From assembly GCF_001194135.2 (NCBI RefSeq), contig NC_068984.1, forward strand, positions 13,467,799 through 13,509,953: a DNA stretch of 42,155 bases. Direction: 5' to 3'. The translations under genes were made by a program, and so were the position numbers. A model generated the notes under the pieces. It searched no databases and was not told where the DNA came from. It saw only the letters and a list, made by a program, of their open reading frames with translations. Shown in pieces: positions 1 to 13,978 of the stretch. Every line of letters begins with the position of its first letter. Position 1 is the stretch's first letter. Origin of the DNA: Octopus bimaculoides (lineage: Eukaryota).

Positions 1-216
1 CTGAACCCAACTACTTGCAGACGGTGTATCCCGTTGAATTCATTAATTTAATTCATAGCAAAAGTGACAAAAAAAGGAAGAAAAGAAAAAAGAAAGAAAG
101 AACCAAAGCACAGGTGTCCACGGCAGACTATGTTATTTTGCCAACATGGTTTACATATACTGGATAGATACTATCCCTTAGTGGGTTGGACCCCCAACAC
201 CTAACTCTCTCACGTT

Positions 217-420
217 ATATATATATATATATATATATATATTCATATATATATGTATCTTTATATAATTATATTCATATGTATATACATATATTTATGA
301 AGATATGTATATGAATATACATATATATATATGTGTGTATGTGTGTGTATGTTCGTGTATGTGTGTGTATGTTCGTGTATGTGTGTGTGTATGTGGTGTG
401 TGTGTGTGAGAGAGAGAGAG
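217..420. repeat. Compound (AT)n/(GT)n/(GA)n microsatellite
   Basis: Directly visible dinucleotide runs. Confidence 0.9.
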
Positions 421-2776
421 AGAATTTGTGTTGGGGTTTGAAAATGCACCTTAATTAATTCATAATAAGGAAAAGAAATATGTAATAATATTACACATTA
501 CCACTTTTAAAGAACTGCTGCAAATTGTCACTGAATTGGAAAGCTGGGGAGAATTGTAACCAAATAACACGTTGAAACCAATAGGAAGATTATTATGTCT
601 ATTGGTGTTGATATCTATGTTAGTTTTATTTAAATACGTATCATATTCGGTTAGAATTATAGATATTATAGAGAAAATATTACTTTTCCATTTGCATTGC
701 ACAAACGCAACCTGTCAGATTCAACTAGGAACCACCGTGTTTGTGTACCATATAACATGATCCGTATATCCAGTTCAAGGAACTCATTTCATATTCCACC
801 CATAAAATTTTCTGCTATTGAACGAAAATTGTCTTGAATTCAAATAGCGAAGCAATAAATATAATCCGATTTTGTCAAAAAAAAAAAATATTTGATTTTT
901 CCAATGATTTAGTGTCGGTTAACGACTAGAGGGAGATTTTATTTTCAGGTATAGAAATAACTAAATGACAGAAAAATAAAAGCAAAACACATTATAAAAT
1001 GTTATTAGATGGATAAGAAATATATTGCGTGATTGCATTTTCCCTTATAACAAAGAATGAGATTTTGAACAGAGATAACTCTAGCATTAAAGTTAATCAT
1101 GTGGTATTCTAAGTTATTATTCACTATCTAATTGGTATTTTCTGAATATGTAACCTTCTGTATATAGGCGTCACAAAAAAGCAGGTGGATTTTAACTCTA
1201 GTGTTATTATTTATGTGAATGTCCTTTGACTACGGAGAAACAAAAACATGAATCAACTATTCTGAGATTTTCATATTAACATCTGAATGCATAATAACCA
1301 TGCGAGGCATATGGGATTAGTAACTTATTTACTAATATTAGGTAACCGATAGATATGAAACATACGTTCATACTGCTTACTTTATATGTAGTTTGGTTCA
1401 TACTTTCCATAGGGCACCAAATAAACCGAATGTCTTGTGGTATTTGGTTACGGTCTTTTTAAAATCTACCGATGGCCAGAGGAAAGTCAAGTTGGGCCAA
1501 GAAGGTAGTGATGAATATAATTGACTACGCCACTCTCTCCCACCAAATGTGTAGCTTGTATCGACATAACACAAACTACAAATAGATATAGATTTCATAT
1601 GTTAAGACGAATTTTAATTGAACCTTCTCTTGATAATTTAAAATTATTGATTTTAGTTAAAATCCTGCAGTGATCAACATTGGCTTTCATCTCTCTGGAG
1701 TAGCTAATATAAAATACTATTCTGGTATTTATTTTTCATTTCTATATGAAATTTATTTGTTTATTGCTATTTATTCTAAGACAAAATATTGAAAAATTCA
1801 GTCTTGTATTAACAGAGATATTTTGACCAGTAGAAAATGCGGACGATACACTTTAAGAAAATAGCTTGATTTAGTGATAAATTAACAACTAAGTGATTTT
1901 TCCCCGCTAAGTGACTGCGTTAAAATCAGATATAGCACGTTCCGAGTAGAGTAACGTTTCAAATAATTAGTGTTATTATGGACAATGCTTTCATGAAAGT
2001 CTTTGTACAGAAAACAGTTTTCAAACTGAAGTCACGTGTTAAGCAAAACGAAAGATTTGAAGGAAAAATTTTCAGTTTACGTTTGGCAGTCAGACTACAA
2101 AATTTTTTTTAATCATAATTCTGCAAGAAAATTTGAGCTCAGAAATTAGAAGACCACAATTAAATATTTCACTACGATGAATTAATTAGAATATTATTAT
2201 AAAATGAAATTTTAATACATTTAAAAAGTGAAAAAAATATTTGATTTGTTAACATCGTTAAACTGTCACTGCAACGCAGTAGAGATCATTTCAGCAATTA
2301 TAACAAGAAAGACAAAATTACTAAAAGAGATGAGTTGGACTAAAGATCAATTAATGAATTTTCTGCGATTTTCGAATTTTAACAGAATGTATGTAAGAGA
2401 TTATAAAAATTTGACTAAAACGTCAAAGATAATGAATGAAAGCAAATAGCAATAAATGTCAAATTGTTCCAACAATTGTAGAAAAAAAATTTCTTCCACA
2501 GAAAATCCGGGCTAATGAACAACTGAAAGTGTGTTTCAATTAGAAGAAAATTTTACAAAATTAACTAAAAATGTATCTAACTGAATAGACAACGTAATCA
2601 AATTTACATGATCTTAATATTTTATAGGCATTAAGATATTTTTGTTCGCATTAAGAATTATTTCATATAATTTCTTATGACATAAACGAAGTTGGTGCAT
2701 CGTTTGCGAAACTATTTTATTTGTTTATGTATGTAAAATACAGGAGAATGCCACTGATCGCGAATAAATCGTGCTT

Positions 2777-3659
2777 NNNNNNNNNNNNNNNNNNNNNNNN
2801 NNNNNNNNNNNNNNNNNNNNNNNNNNNNNNNNNNNNNNNNNNNNNNNNNNNNNNNNNNNNNNNNNNNNNNNNNNNNNNNNNNNNNNNNNNNNNNNNNNNN
2901 NNNNNNNNNNNNNNNNNNNNNNNNNNNNNNNNNNNNNNNNNNNNNNNNNNNNNNNNNNNNNNNNNNNNNNNNNNNNNNNNNNNNNNNNNNNNNNNNNNNN
3001 NNNNNNNNNNNNNNNNNNNNNNNNNNNNNNNNNNNNNNNNNNNNNNNNNNNNNNNNNNNNNNNNNNNNNNNNNNNNNNNNNNNNNNNNNNNNNNNNNNNN
3101 NNNNNNNNNNNNNNNNNNNNNNNNNNNNNNNNNNNNNNNNNNNNNNNNNNNNNNNNNNNNNNNNNNNNNNNNNNNNNNNNNNNNNNNNNNNNNNNNNNNN
3201 NNNNNNNNNNNNNNNNNNNNNNNNNNNNNNNNNNNNNNNNNNNNNNNNNNNNNNNNNNNNNNNNNNNNNNNNNNNNNNNNNNNNNNNNNNNNNNNNNNNN
3301 NNNNNNNNNNNNNNNNNNNNNNNNNNNNNNNNNNNNNNNNNNNNNNNNNNNNNNNNNNNNNNNNNNNNNNNNNNNNNNNNNNNNNNNNNNNNNNNNNNNN
3401 NNNNNNNNNNNNNNNNNNNNNNNNNNNNNNNNNNNNNNNNNNNNNNNNNNNNNNNNNNNNNNNNNNNNNNNNNNNNNNNNNNNNNNNNNNNNNNNNNNNN
3501 NNNNNNNNNNNNNNNNNNNNNNNNNNNNNNNNNNNNNNNNNNNNNNNNNNNNNNNNNNNNNNNNNNNNNNNNNNNNNNNNNNNNNNNNNNNNNNNNNNNN
3601 NNNNNNNNNNNNNNNNNNNNNNNNNNNNNNNNNNNNNNNNNNNNNNNNNNNNNNNNNNN
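2777..3659. other. Assembly gap
   Basis: Run of N. Confidence 1.
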
Positions 3660-4203
3660 ATTCAAAATGTCTGTGTGTGTGTATGTGTATGTTTTTTATG
3701 CGTTTTCACATCCTTCATCCGATTTTGATGAAATTATTTTCATTAAATGGCACATTTACCCAAACAAGTCACTGCCGCATTACCGATGCCTAGAGATACC
3801 CGCTTCTAGGAGAAAAATTGATAAAACTGAAGAGACCCCCGACGTTTTGCAAAAAACAAAAACAAAAAAATGGCAAAGTTACACGCGAGAAAAGTTTTTA
3901 CAGGAACGTCCGATTTTTATAATTTTGGTATCAAAAAGACGGTCATGTTGCGAAATTTCAGACAAATATTTTGGCACTTGGGCCTCTGACTCCCAAGAAA
4001 ATTGTGAAAAACTTATAAAAAGTCGATTTTTCGCATTTTTGCAAAAGTTACACGGTAGAAAACGTTTTACTGGAAAGTCCGATTTCCCTGGTTTTTACGG
4101 CTAAAAATCCCCCATGTGTCTGTTCTATGCCAAAAGGCATCCCTGTGCGACAAAAAAAAAAACGGGAAACACTCTGAAAAAAATCGAGTTTTTCCAAGTT
4201 TTG
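3660..4203 (+). mobile_element. Probable non-coding part of a Helitron: microsatellite plus ~165-190 bp degenerate tandem repeats
   Basis: (GT)-rich tract then TCCGATTTTGATGAAATT; repeated blocks gcaaa(a)gttacacg..aaaa.gttttac.ggaa.gtccgattt at 3873 and 4041; abuts the RepHel coding fragment; resembles DINE-1/Lep1-type Helitron non-coding arrays. Confidence 0.55.
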
Positions 4204-6304
4204 CATCTTGAGAACGGCCAGAGAGTCTACATCTCCAGCTTTAATGCTGTTCAGCTGACACAAGAACCCAAGGACACCGCGTTCACCGGTTCTTCAAACT
4301 ATGCACAAATGTCCCCTTCGCCAAAATCCTCCTGTATCCCCAGGTTCCATCATATTACATTTGGAAAAAGAAAACACGCATTTGGGAATCAAGGAAACAA
4401 GGACAACCCATCGAGGGACAGCTAAACATAAAATCTACCCCTACCCTTGGAAGAGTTTACACAGTTTGCCCTAACCAACAGGAATGTTTTTACCTTCACC
4501 TCCTACTGCACGAGGTCACATGGCCAACACCTTTCAACGGTGAAGTTTTAGCTACATACTGTGAAGCCTGCCTTAAACGCGGCCTGCTAGAAGACGGCGC
4601 TCAGTGGGACGCAGCAATGGCAGAAGCAGCTACAATGCTCTTTACAGTGCTATTGCAAACATGCGAACTCAGTGATATTGTAACGTTATGGTAGAAATAC
4701 AAGGAAGACCTTTCAGAAGACTACCACCACCAAGGACAACGTCTGTTGCCTCACTTGAACATCGGTTTCAACGATGAATTCTTCAGCAGAGCACTCATCA
4801 ACATTGAGGACAGCCTACTTACTGACGGCGGTAACGACCTTTCATTTTATAGTCTACCGAAAGTCAGCAGAACGGGCTTGCACACACTACCAACAGGCGT
4901 TATTTAGGAAACATCCAACGACGTCGATGCTTTTCAACAATACATTCACGAAAATGAGCCGAAGTTGCTTCAGGACCAGCAGCGCGCATACAGCGCTGTC
5001 TACACTTCCATTTGTGAACGCAAAGGGTGTATTTTCTAAGATGCCCCAGGAAGAACAGGTAAAACATTCGTGACTAAACTCCTCCTTGTAAACGTATGCC
5101 AGCAAAAGGGATCGCTTTAGCTGTAGCTTCTTCCGGAATTGCCATGACTCTACTGACGGGAGGTAGGACGGCTCATTCGACCTTCAAACTCCCGTTCAAT
5201 GGTTCTCCGTCCAACTCAGCCACTTCCAATGTTACAAAAGACTCAGACAAAGCAAGTGCTGCGAAGGTGCCAGCTCATTGTTTGGGATGAATGCACCGTG
5301 GCACATAAAGGATCCCTTGAAGCACTGAAAGACATCAGGGGCTACATTAGCCCAATGGGAAGCGTTTCCCTCCTTCTGTCTGGTGATTTCAGACAAATCC
5401 TACCCTTAATTCCAAAAGGCACCAGATCCAACGCTGTAATGGCTTGCATTAAGTTATCTTCCCTATAACAGGACGTGACAAGTTTGACTCTTACAACAAA
5501 CATGAGGGCCCAGCTTTTCAGCGACAAAGTATCGGGTGACTTCTCCAAGAAACTGCTCACTGTTGGTGATGGTACAGCTCCCTCCTCTGCAGCTGGAGAG
5601 AAGGATTCCTCACGCCTAGGCACACCTGTGGGCACTGCGGACAACCTTACGACTGCTGTTTTCCCCGATCTGCACATAAACTACCAAAACCTGAATTGGC
5701 TGTGTGAAAGTGTTGTATTAGCTCTCAAAAGTACATTTGTTGCGAAACTCAATGAAAACCTGCTGCGAAGCCTTCTTGGAAACTTTCATACCTACAAGTC
5801 TGTGGAAACTGTTGTGGACCAAGAAGAGGCTGTTAATTTTCTCAGAGAATTCCTCAATTCCTTGGACCCCTCTGGTCTACCGCCGCATCAACTGCACCTC
5901 AAAATTGGAGCTCTGGCCATACTGCTGAGGAACCTGGAGTCACCACGTCTGTGCAACAGAATGTGGTTTGTGGTAAAAAATGTGCTGCCTCATGTTATTG
6001 AAGTAACAATTCTTATGGTTTGCGGCATCAGAGACAGCGTCTTTATACCCAAAATATCTCTTACTCCATCAGATAAGCAATGCCTTTTTTCCCTTGCGTT
6101 GACTTCAGTTCCCTCTTCGACTTTGTTTTGCCATGACCATCAACAAATCCCAAGGCCAAACACTAACAACAACAGGCCTCCATTTAGGCCAACGTCTCGC
6201 ACGTCCAATCATACGTCGGATGGTCAAGAATCTGATGTAAAAAAATCCTTTTCGCGTTCGCCTAGAAAGTCAAAACGAAGAATGTCGTCTACCGTGAGGT
6301 ATTG
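4204..6304 (+). pseudogene. Helitron RepHel, C-terminal half with PIF1-family helicase; stops and frameshifts
   Basis: Across frames: HLENGQRVY, LGRVYTVCPNQQECFYLHLLL, EACLKRGLLED, Walker A DAPGRTGKTF, VASSGIAMTLLTGGRTAHSTFKLP, IVWDECT, GDFRQILP, LTTNMR, LKIGALAILLRNL, FAMTINKSQGQTL (6127-6165), terminal KTKNVVYREVL. Confidence 0.95.
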
Positions 6305-8459
6305 TATTTTGATGGAAATAACTGCATTCAATTTTTAATTGCTCATTGAAATTTCTTTTCTCTGAAAATAAACTGTGGTTATTTTTGCTGGACATATTTG
6401 ATAAATCATATTCTAGGATTCGTAGATCGGAAATATAAAATAAATGGTTCTGTTACATTTCTCACCCCCAAAAGGTTGCACAGTAGCAAGAAATCTATAA
6501 AATTCGTTATGTCTTCGCTAGAAAAGATTCAAACGATTCCCAATATTAAGCACTGATATTTAGAAACGAAAGATTAGAGTATTTTTTTCGGAGGAAGTAT
6601 TTCTAGTGGAAAAATTTATGTTAGATATTTATTTTCAAATATTGTTACGTAAAAAGCATAATTTATTATACAGAAAAATCTCTACCATGTATATTCTTAT
6701 CTCATCTTGTTACATTGGTAATATGTTATTTCTATGATATTTCTATATTTTAATTTTTCTATAAACACATTTAGACTTTCATTTTTCTTGCAGCCATAGT
6801 AACTTGTATGAATATCTGATACACTAATGGTGTTGCTAATTATACTTCTTTATTGAATAACCGATGTTCTATCGTTGTAGATATCGTTTGCATCGTGTAG
6901 TGGATTTTCTGTTATATTACTGAATATGTTTAGATTGTCTGTATATTGATATTATTTGATGCAAATATTTTTCTTATATATTGATATAAATATTGATATA
7001 TTAAAACAATTTAAATGTTGATATATTCAAACAATTTTTTTTCACGAATATCTAATATCTAGTTTGCTTTAAATTTATTAACAACGGTAATACCATTACC
7101 TATTCCAGCACTGATTTTTCGAAAAGTGTTTTTAGTTATTCATTATGTTAGTTCACACCTTACCTTATATTCGGCAATATTTCTTGTATATTGTTTCTCT
7201 TTTTATGTTGCAGAAACTGTGCAACAGGTGAAGTGGCATACCAACCGGAGTACACATCATTCACATTAATACTAACCGGAACAATTTATAATACAACGCA
7301 ACACACGGATTTATGCATTTCACCATTCAGACATACATGCCTGGACTCCTTTTTTTTTTACTTTCACTGTTTCTCATTCTCTCCTTTTCCTTCTATCTCT
7401 ATAAAAGCGAACTCCATTAAAAGGAATAACGCAAGAAAGAGATTATTATTGAATACAATAAATCATTATTATTAACGAAGATGCTAAAGGACTTACACGA
7501 TCTAAGAGTTTAGCTGGTTTTCTGATAATTCTTCTTAGATGGCTTAAACAGCAATTTTTATTGAAAACGGAACAAAAACTTAAAGAAAAAGCAAGAACTT
7601 TTTTGGATGAAATTATTAACAACTGTTTTTGTTTTCATTTCACTCATCTTTAAGATCGTTGTGTGAAATATACTTTTATATAATGCTTGTTTCTTAAAAA
7701 CTAGCAATTCCTTCTAAGATCCATCTTTGAATCTGTTTCTTATGAAGGATTTGCATGTAATTTGTTTGGATTTTTCGATTTTCTGCAGCATTGGCTCATA
7801 GTTGATTGTGTATATTGATTGTTTGTTTAGGGGTTAGATTTGTCTTAAGAAATAAATCTTTACAATTTTTTTTCCTTGTTCTAATATTTCGCCCATGAGA
7901 ATGATTATTATTTTCTTCCACAACATTGTCTTTTCAAAATTATCATTGTAATTGCAGTTTTCTGTTTTCTTCTTGTAATAATGGAATCAGATAATATTTT
8001 TTTCTATTTTGTAATCATTTGCAGATGTCGAGGAAGGCATTCCTTTTAGGTTTTCTTTGTATTATGTAGTGAGTGTGTGATAGGATAAACATTTATTTGC
8101 TTCCATTTCTATATCTCTGCAAATAAAGACCAGGTTTTAATATCTAATAAATTTGAAACACTTCCCAATAGCCCTACAAATTCTCCCACATTTTTTTATA
8201 TTTAAAATAAATATTTTACCGAAATAAAATATATTGTTTCACCTTGTTACCTGCAATGAGAATTGTATTGTTTAACGTTTTCATATCTTCTTCGTTTAAT
8301 CGATTTTTGTGGGAGCAGAAATGTTGTATGCCCATCTGACATTATATACAGCTAAATTCATTCCCAAGCGTATTTACCGATTTCATTTGATGTTTATTGT
8401 TGTTCATGGATTGAGCAAAATGATATTTCCTACATATATTCAACCATAATACACAAACA

Positions 8460-8527
<68 letters not shown>

Positions 8528-8631
8528 TACACACACACACATATATATATAATTGTGTGTGTGTATGAATTTATATCTTTGTGTGTGTTAGTGTGCATAT
8601 GTATGTGTAATGTTAGCAAAGTTTAAGCTGT

Positions 8632-8675
8632 AACATTCCTGATGAAGGCTGTTTTCAACGTAACGCAAGATGTTC
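8632..8675 (+). ncRNA. Degenerate minimal hammerhead-like motif
   Basis: AACATTC-CTGATGA-A-GGCTG-tttt-CAAC-GTAAC-GCA-AGATGTT; flanks can pair as helix I; GAAAC and GUH are mutated. Confidence 0.35.
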
Positions 8676-9380
8676 AGATTTTATGCATGATATCTAGCTT
8701 GCGAGTTTATGATGTTAGATTCTTCAAGGTTAATGAACCATGTTATCCTAGATACACGAGTGTACGTTGTTAGAGGAAACTGTGAAATGATCATTAATGT
8801 TCAAATCCTTGAGTAGAGAAATCAGACAATGAAAATGATGTGTATTGAAAAAATACTATTAGATGTGAACAATTCAATACGAATATGCACACAGATTTCT
8901 CAAAATAAATATGTTATGTATTTTATTCGATATATTCCTTATAAAATCATACTATCACAATCACTTTCGCAGAGAATTAAGCTTAGGTGTTTGTCTTATC
9001 AAGACATGGCAGAACAAAGAGAAAGGTAGCGGCAGTATGCAACCAAAGGACAAAAGACCAAATGAGAGAAATAAATTTTAAGGTCATTTATACAAGTGAT
9101 TATAGCATTGAACGCGGGAATAAATATACCCTGTTAAACCCTTCACTGACCAATGTATAACTGATCACTCAGACAAAAAAAATTCAACGCAGGAATGATG
9201 CCAAAACATGCATTCCGACAGAAGGCTTTCGTGCGGTTGAACAAGCTAAAGATCGAAACCGTAAAGATCAATGTTATAATATATTTACTGATGACGTAGA
9301 AGGGTGAAATGACGATTATAGATATTGATAACTGTGATGGTAATAAGAGGCAGCGACAGTAATATTAAATCAAATAGACT

Positions 9381-9596
9381 AGGCGGCGAGCTGGCAGAAA
9401 CGATAGCACGCCGGGCGAAATGCTTAGCAGTTTTTTCGTCTGTGTTTATGTTCTGAGATGAAATCCGCCCACGTCGACTTTGCCTTTCATCCTTTCTGGG
9501 GCCGATAAATTAAGTAGCAGTTGCGCACTGGGGTCGATCTAATCGACTGGAACACCTCCCACAAAATTTCAGCCCTTGTGCCTAGAGTAAAAAAAG
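9381..9596 (+). mobile_element. tRNA-derived SINE, family B (GGCGGCGAGCTGGCAG head), short-tail variant
   Basis: Same head and body as 22518-22729, 25642-25874, 38634-38864; TSD aatattaaatcaaa(tagac/caaac) at 9361-9379 and 9597-9615. Confidence 0.9.
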
Positions 9597-10513
9597 AATA
9601 TTAAATCAAACAAACAGTAATAATGTTAATATTCTTAAATGCTAATAATGCCTATCATCTGGATTCCCAGCTGGTGCCATATTTCCTTAGCAGAATTCGA
9701 TGACATTCCATGCCTGATGAACCGAGTGTTCATCACATGTATCAACAGTTTATGAAGTCGCCTTCAGCAGTTAATGACTTCTGTGTCAAACGGAGTTTTA
9801 GAAGATTAATTCTTAACATCTAATTGAGTTTAAGAAAGATTGTAAAATGGTAGAAAGAAATTAACAAATTCTGGTATCCGGCTATTTTAAAACAAAGTAC
9901 TATAACTCAATAAAACAAGTTCATATGTGCGTTCATGTTGACAAGAATAGGATTAGTGCCCTTAAGCCCATATATGAGTCGCTATAAAATGTAAAATTAA
10001 CAGAAAACAAGACACACCACTTAATGAAACGAATTAAATAAAGGCCATGAAGTCAGGTAACACCTCTAGAAAAGCGAGGATAAGACATGTGTATGGTATG
10101 GCCTTTAAAATGTACAACATTCGGGTATAAATGATGAAAAAACATTAAAATTCGTAAAAGACACCTGTTTTCAGTAGTAGATTATAACATATCAAAGGAA
10201 ATGTTTCGCTCAAATCTCCGATTTGGAAATAATTACCTGATGTTTTAAAGGAAAATTTGGTCGAAAAGGATTTTGAAAACGAAGTTATGTGTAACAAAAA
10301 ACATAGCTGGTTAAAAGGATACATAGAAACAACAGAATTGAGAAAAATGCATAACACAATATAAAATACATTGATATAAGCGTAACAGACTGTTGTCGGG
10401 TTAGTTTGCATTTGCTTCAACGAGCAATAGTAATGAGCAATAACAATATGCATTATAATACAAAACTAGCGGGGGAAACATTAGTGCATATATGTATATA
10501 ATGTATATATTCA

Positions 10514-10719
10514 TTTACTCTTTTACTTGTTTCAGTCATTTGACTGTGGCCATGCTAGAGCACCAGCTTTAGTCGAGCGAATCGACCCTAGGACTTATTC
10601 TTTGTAAGCCTAGTACTTATTCTATCGGTTCTCTTTTGCCGAACCGCTAAGTTACAGGGACGTAAACACACCAGCATCAGTTCTTAAGCGATGTTGGGGG
10701 GACAAACACAGAGAGACAA

Positions 10720-10809
<90 letters not shown>

Positions 10810-10855
10810 GACGGGCTTCTTTCAGTTTCCGTCCACCAAATCCATTCGCAAGGCT
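10514..10855 (-). mobile_element. SINE family A (internal microsatellite), head missing
   Basis: Matches 20745-21124, 24441-24846, 25923-26343; similarity stops at caaggct where LINE sequence begins. Confidence 0.9.
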
Positions 10856-11210
10856 AGGACCACGGGCCATACGTCCTCTATCCAATTGAAGATCATAACA
10901 CATAAATACACTGCAACATAATTTCTTTACCGCAGCAACAGGCCCTGCCCTATTCAACATTGTTCCAAAACAGATCAAAGAGGAAGGCGATCGCATCACA
11001 TTCAAGCGGAATCTGCACAAATTTCTGCAAGGGATATCAGATACGCCAATTATACCTGGATACAACTCACTCAACAAGAACTCTCTACTCGAATGGGCCA
11101 TAATACCACAAAACTTTACTTAAAAAGGATTTAGCTAATCCTATCAGGTGGTACTATTAAGTTAGAATTGGCCTGGAACAATCTTCGGTCGAAACACATC
11201 TAAGTTAAAT
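10849..11210 (+). mobile_element. CR1-group non-LTR retrotransposon 3' end (ORF2 C-terminus and 3' UTR)
   Basis: GPALFNIVPKQIKEEGDRITFKRNLHKFLQGISDTPIIPGYNSLNKNSLLEW, stop at 11121-11123, short UTR, (AT)n tail. Confidence 0.8.
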
Positions 11211-11562
11211 ATATATATATATATACACACACACACATGCACAACATAGGGAATGATGGAATGTTAGAACATATTTTGTTATTGTAGTAAATTTGACGTC
11301 ACTATATAAAAGAAATATGGAATGACCATTATCAATGCTTTGTCTTCTATGTCACGCTGCGTGTTGTGTTCCAGTATAACTGCAACACAACACAGATTTA
11401 CAATACAGAATGGTGATGAACCTGCAATCCTAATACAGGAATACGCAGACTTCTTTACTAATGTGAATAATATTGTTAGTCTGGTATACTTAACAAAGAG
11501 CTTATAGAGTATTACGCATAGATTGATAATCCCTCACTAATAACTCTATCTCTATGTATATA

Positions 11563-11599
<37 letters not shown>

Positions 11600-12399
11600 N
11601 NNNNNNNNNNNNNNNNNNNNNNNNNNNNNNNNNNNNNNNNNNNNNNNNNNNNNNNNNNNNNNNNNNNNNNNNNNNNNNNNNNNNNNNNNNNNNNNNNNNN
11701 NNNNNNNNNNNNNNNNNNNNNNNNNNNNNNNNNNNNNNNNNNNNNNNNNNNNNNNNNNNNNNNNNNNNNNNNNNNNNNNNNNNNNNNNNNNNNNNNNNNN
11801 NNNNNNNNNNNNNNNNNNNNNNNNNNNNNNNNNNNNNNNNNNNNNNNNNNNNNNNNNNNNNNNNNNNNNNNNNNNNNNNNNNNNNNNNNNNNNNNNNNNN
11901 NNNNNNNNNNNNNNNNNNNNNNNNNNNNNNNNNNNNNNNNNNNNNNNNNNNNNNNNNNNNNNNNNNNNNNNNNNNNNNNNNNNNNNNNNNNNNNNNNNNN
12001 NNNNNNNNNNNNNNNNNNNNNNNNNNNNNNNNNNNNNNNNNNNNNNNNNNNNNNNNNNNNNNNNNNNNNNNNNNNNNNNNNNNNNNNNNNNNNNNNNNNN
12101 NNNNNNNNNNNNNNNNNNNNNNNNNNNNNNNNNNNNNNNNNNNNNNNNNNNNNNNNNNNNNNNNNNNNNNNNNNNNNNNNNNNNNNNNNNNNNNNNNNNN
12201 NNNNNNNNNNNNNNNNNNNNNNNNNNNNNNNNNNNNNNNNNNNNNNNNNNNNNNNNNNNNNNNNNNNNNNNNNNNNNNNNNNNNNNNNNNNNNNNNNNNN
12301 NNNNNNNNNNNNNNNNNNNNNNNNNNNNNNNNNNNNNNNNNNNNNNNNNNNNNNNNNNNNNNNNNNNNNNNNNNNNNNNNNNNNNNNNNNNNNNNNNNN
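11600..12399. other. Assembly gap
   Basis: Run of N between (TA)n and (GAA)n. Confidence 1.
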
Positions 12400-12498
12400 G
12401 AAGAAGAAGAAGAAGAAGAAGAAGAAGAAGAAGAAGAAGAAGAAGAAGAAGAAGAAGAAGAAGAAGAAGAAGATGATGATGATGATGATGATGATGAC
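12400..12498. repeat. (GAA)n(GAT)n microsatellite
   Basis: Directly visible. Confidence 0.97.
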
Positions 12499-12734
12499 TA
12501 TATATTCCTTGCCGATCAAAGAATACAGAAGCAACAATTTTCTATTTCCGCTTCAATTCTTATCTCTCAAAACGAAAAGAAAATGCAGTAAACAAATATA
12601 TAAATAAACAACAAATATATAGGAAAAACGTAAATATAGGATTGAGACATGGATAGATAGAAAAAAGCTAAGTGAAACAATGAGAAAAAGCTTTGATTGA
12701 GAGAGATAGAAACATCGGAAACGATAGAGAAATT

Positions 12735-12776
<42 letters not shown>

Positions 12777-12805
12777 CAGATAGATAGATAGATAGATAGA
12801 GAGAG

Positions 12806-12860
<55 letters not shown>

Positions 12861-12889
12861 CAGATAGATAGATAGATAGATAGATAGAG

Positions 12890-12948
<59 letters not shown>
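12735..12948. repeat. (AGAT)n microsatellite
   Basis: Directly visible. Confidence 0.97.
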
Positions 12949-13151
12949 GAAGGGAAGGCGAAGAGTTTGCCTTTCTTTTGTGCAGAAACATAATCAAACC
13001 TGGTTTTCTGTGCTTATTTATTGTTTGTTGGAAAGCATAGTCTTCAGTTTTAGTACAGTTGAATCTCACAAGAATCTAAATACAGGTCTTGTATAAACCA
13101 ATAATACTGACAACTAATGGGAGAAAGTAGAAAAAAGAAACACACACACAC

Positions 13152-13224
<73 letters not shown>
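13152..13224. repeat. (AAT)n microsatellite
   Basis: Directly visible. Confidence 0.97.
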
Positions 13225-13225
<1 letters not shown>

Positions 13226-13782
13226 TGCAGAAACTACAAAGCTTAATACATAGATCTGTCGGCTATCCTTAAACCAAGAACGAAAATGACAGTTACTATA
13301 GTAAGAGCATGTGTTTGTATATATACATACATACATATATAAATATGTGTATACATACTTGTATGTAATAAATATGTGTGTGTGTCTGTGTGCGGATATG
13401 CAGTAAGTCTGCATGAATGGACGGCGCGTCTGTTAGTGACGTGTGTACAATGAGACGGATTATTCACTTTGTATGTATTTATACATATATGCAGGGTTTA
13501 TGTATTGTGGCGAAAGCACATGGATCAACGGAATTTACAAAACGGAAAGAAATGGGAAGGAAAAACCGAAAAGGGAAGTAACTCCCCCCATCCACCACCG
13601 CCGCCATCACCATTATAATCATAACGTACCCTCAACAAATGTAATAATAATAATAACAAAAATAACAAGTATAAGACGAAGAAAAAAAGAAAATGAGAAG
13701 AATTTTCATTCACCATCATCATCATCATCTTCATCATCAATATCATTGTAACATAAACAATAATAATAGTAACAATAATTAC

Positions 13783-13818
13783 ACTACTACTACTACAACT
13801 ACTACTACTACTACTACA

Positions 13819-13867
<49 letters not shown>

Positions 13868-13932
13868 ATAATAATAATATGATTAAGAATAAGAATAAGA
13901 ATACAAATAACGGTAGTAGTAGCAGCAGCAAC

Positions 13933-13978
<46 letters not shown>
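13783..13978. repeat. (ACT)n, (AAT)n and (AGT)n trinucleotide cluster
   Basis: Directly visible. Confidence 0.95.

Noticed and set aside
460-830. Hydrophobic ORFs as a receptor or channel exon
   Set aside because: No family motif recognised; AT-rich DNA readily gives hydrophobic translations
5475-6338. 287-aa ORF as an intact gene
   Set aside because: One frame of the broken Helitron helicase; leaves homology after a frameshift near 6085
7214-7270. Strong plus-strand acceptor followed by TVQQVKWHTNRSTHHSH*
   Set aside because: No partner exon or homology; acceptor-like sites are common in T-rich DNA
9716-9740. CTGATGAA motif
   Set aside because: No helix II or GAAA partner
10145-10380. 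SWLKGYIETTELRK similar to Polinton PolB, and DYNISK similar to an L1/Tx1 RT motif
   Set aside because: Isolated short matches with neighbouring motifs absent or in the wrong order
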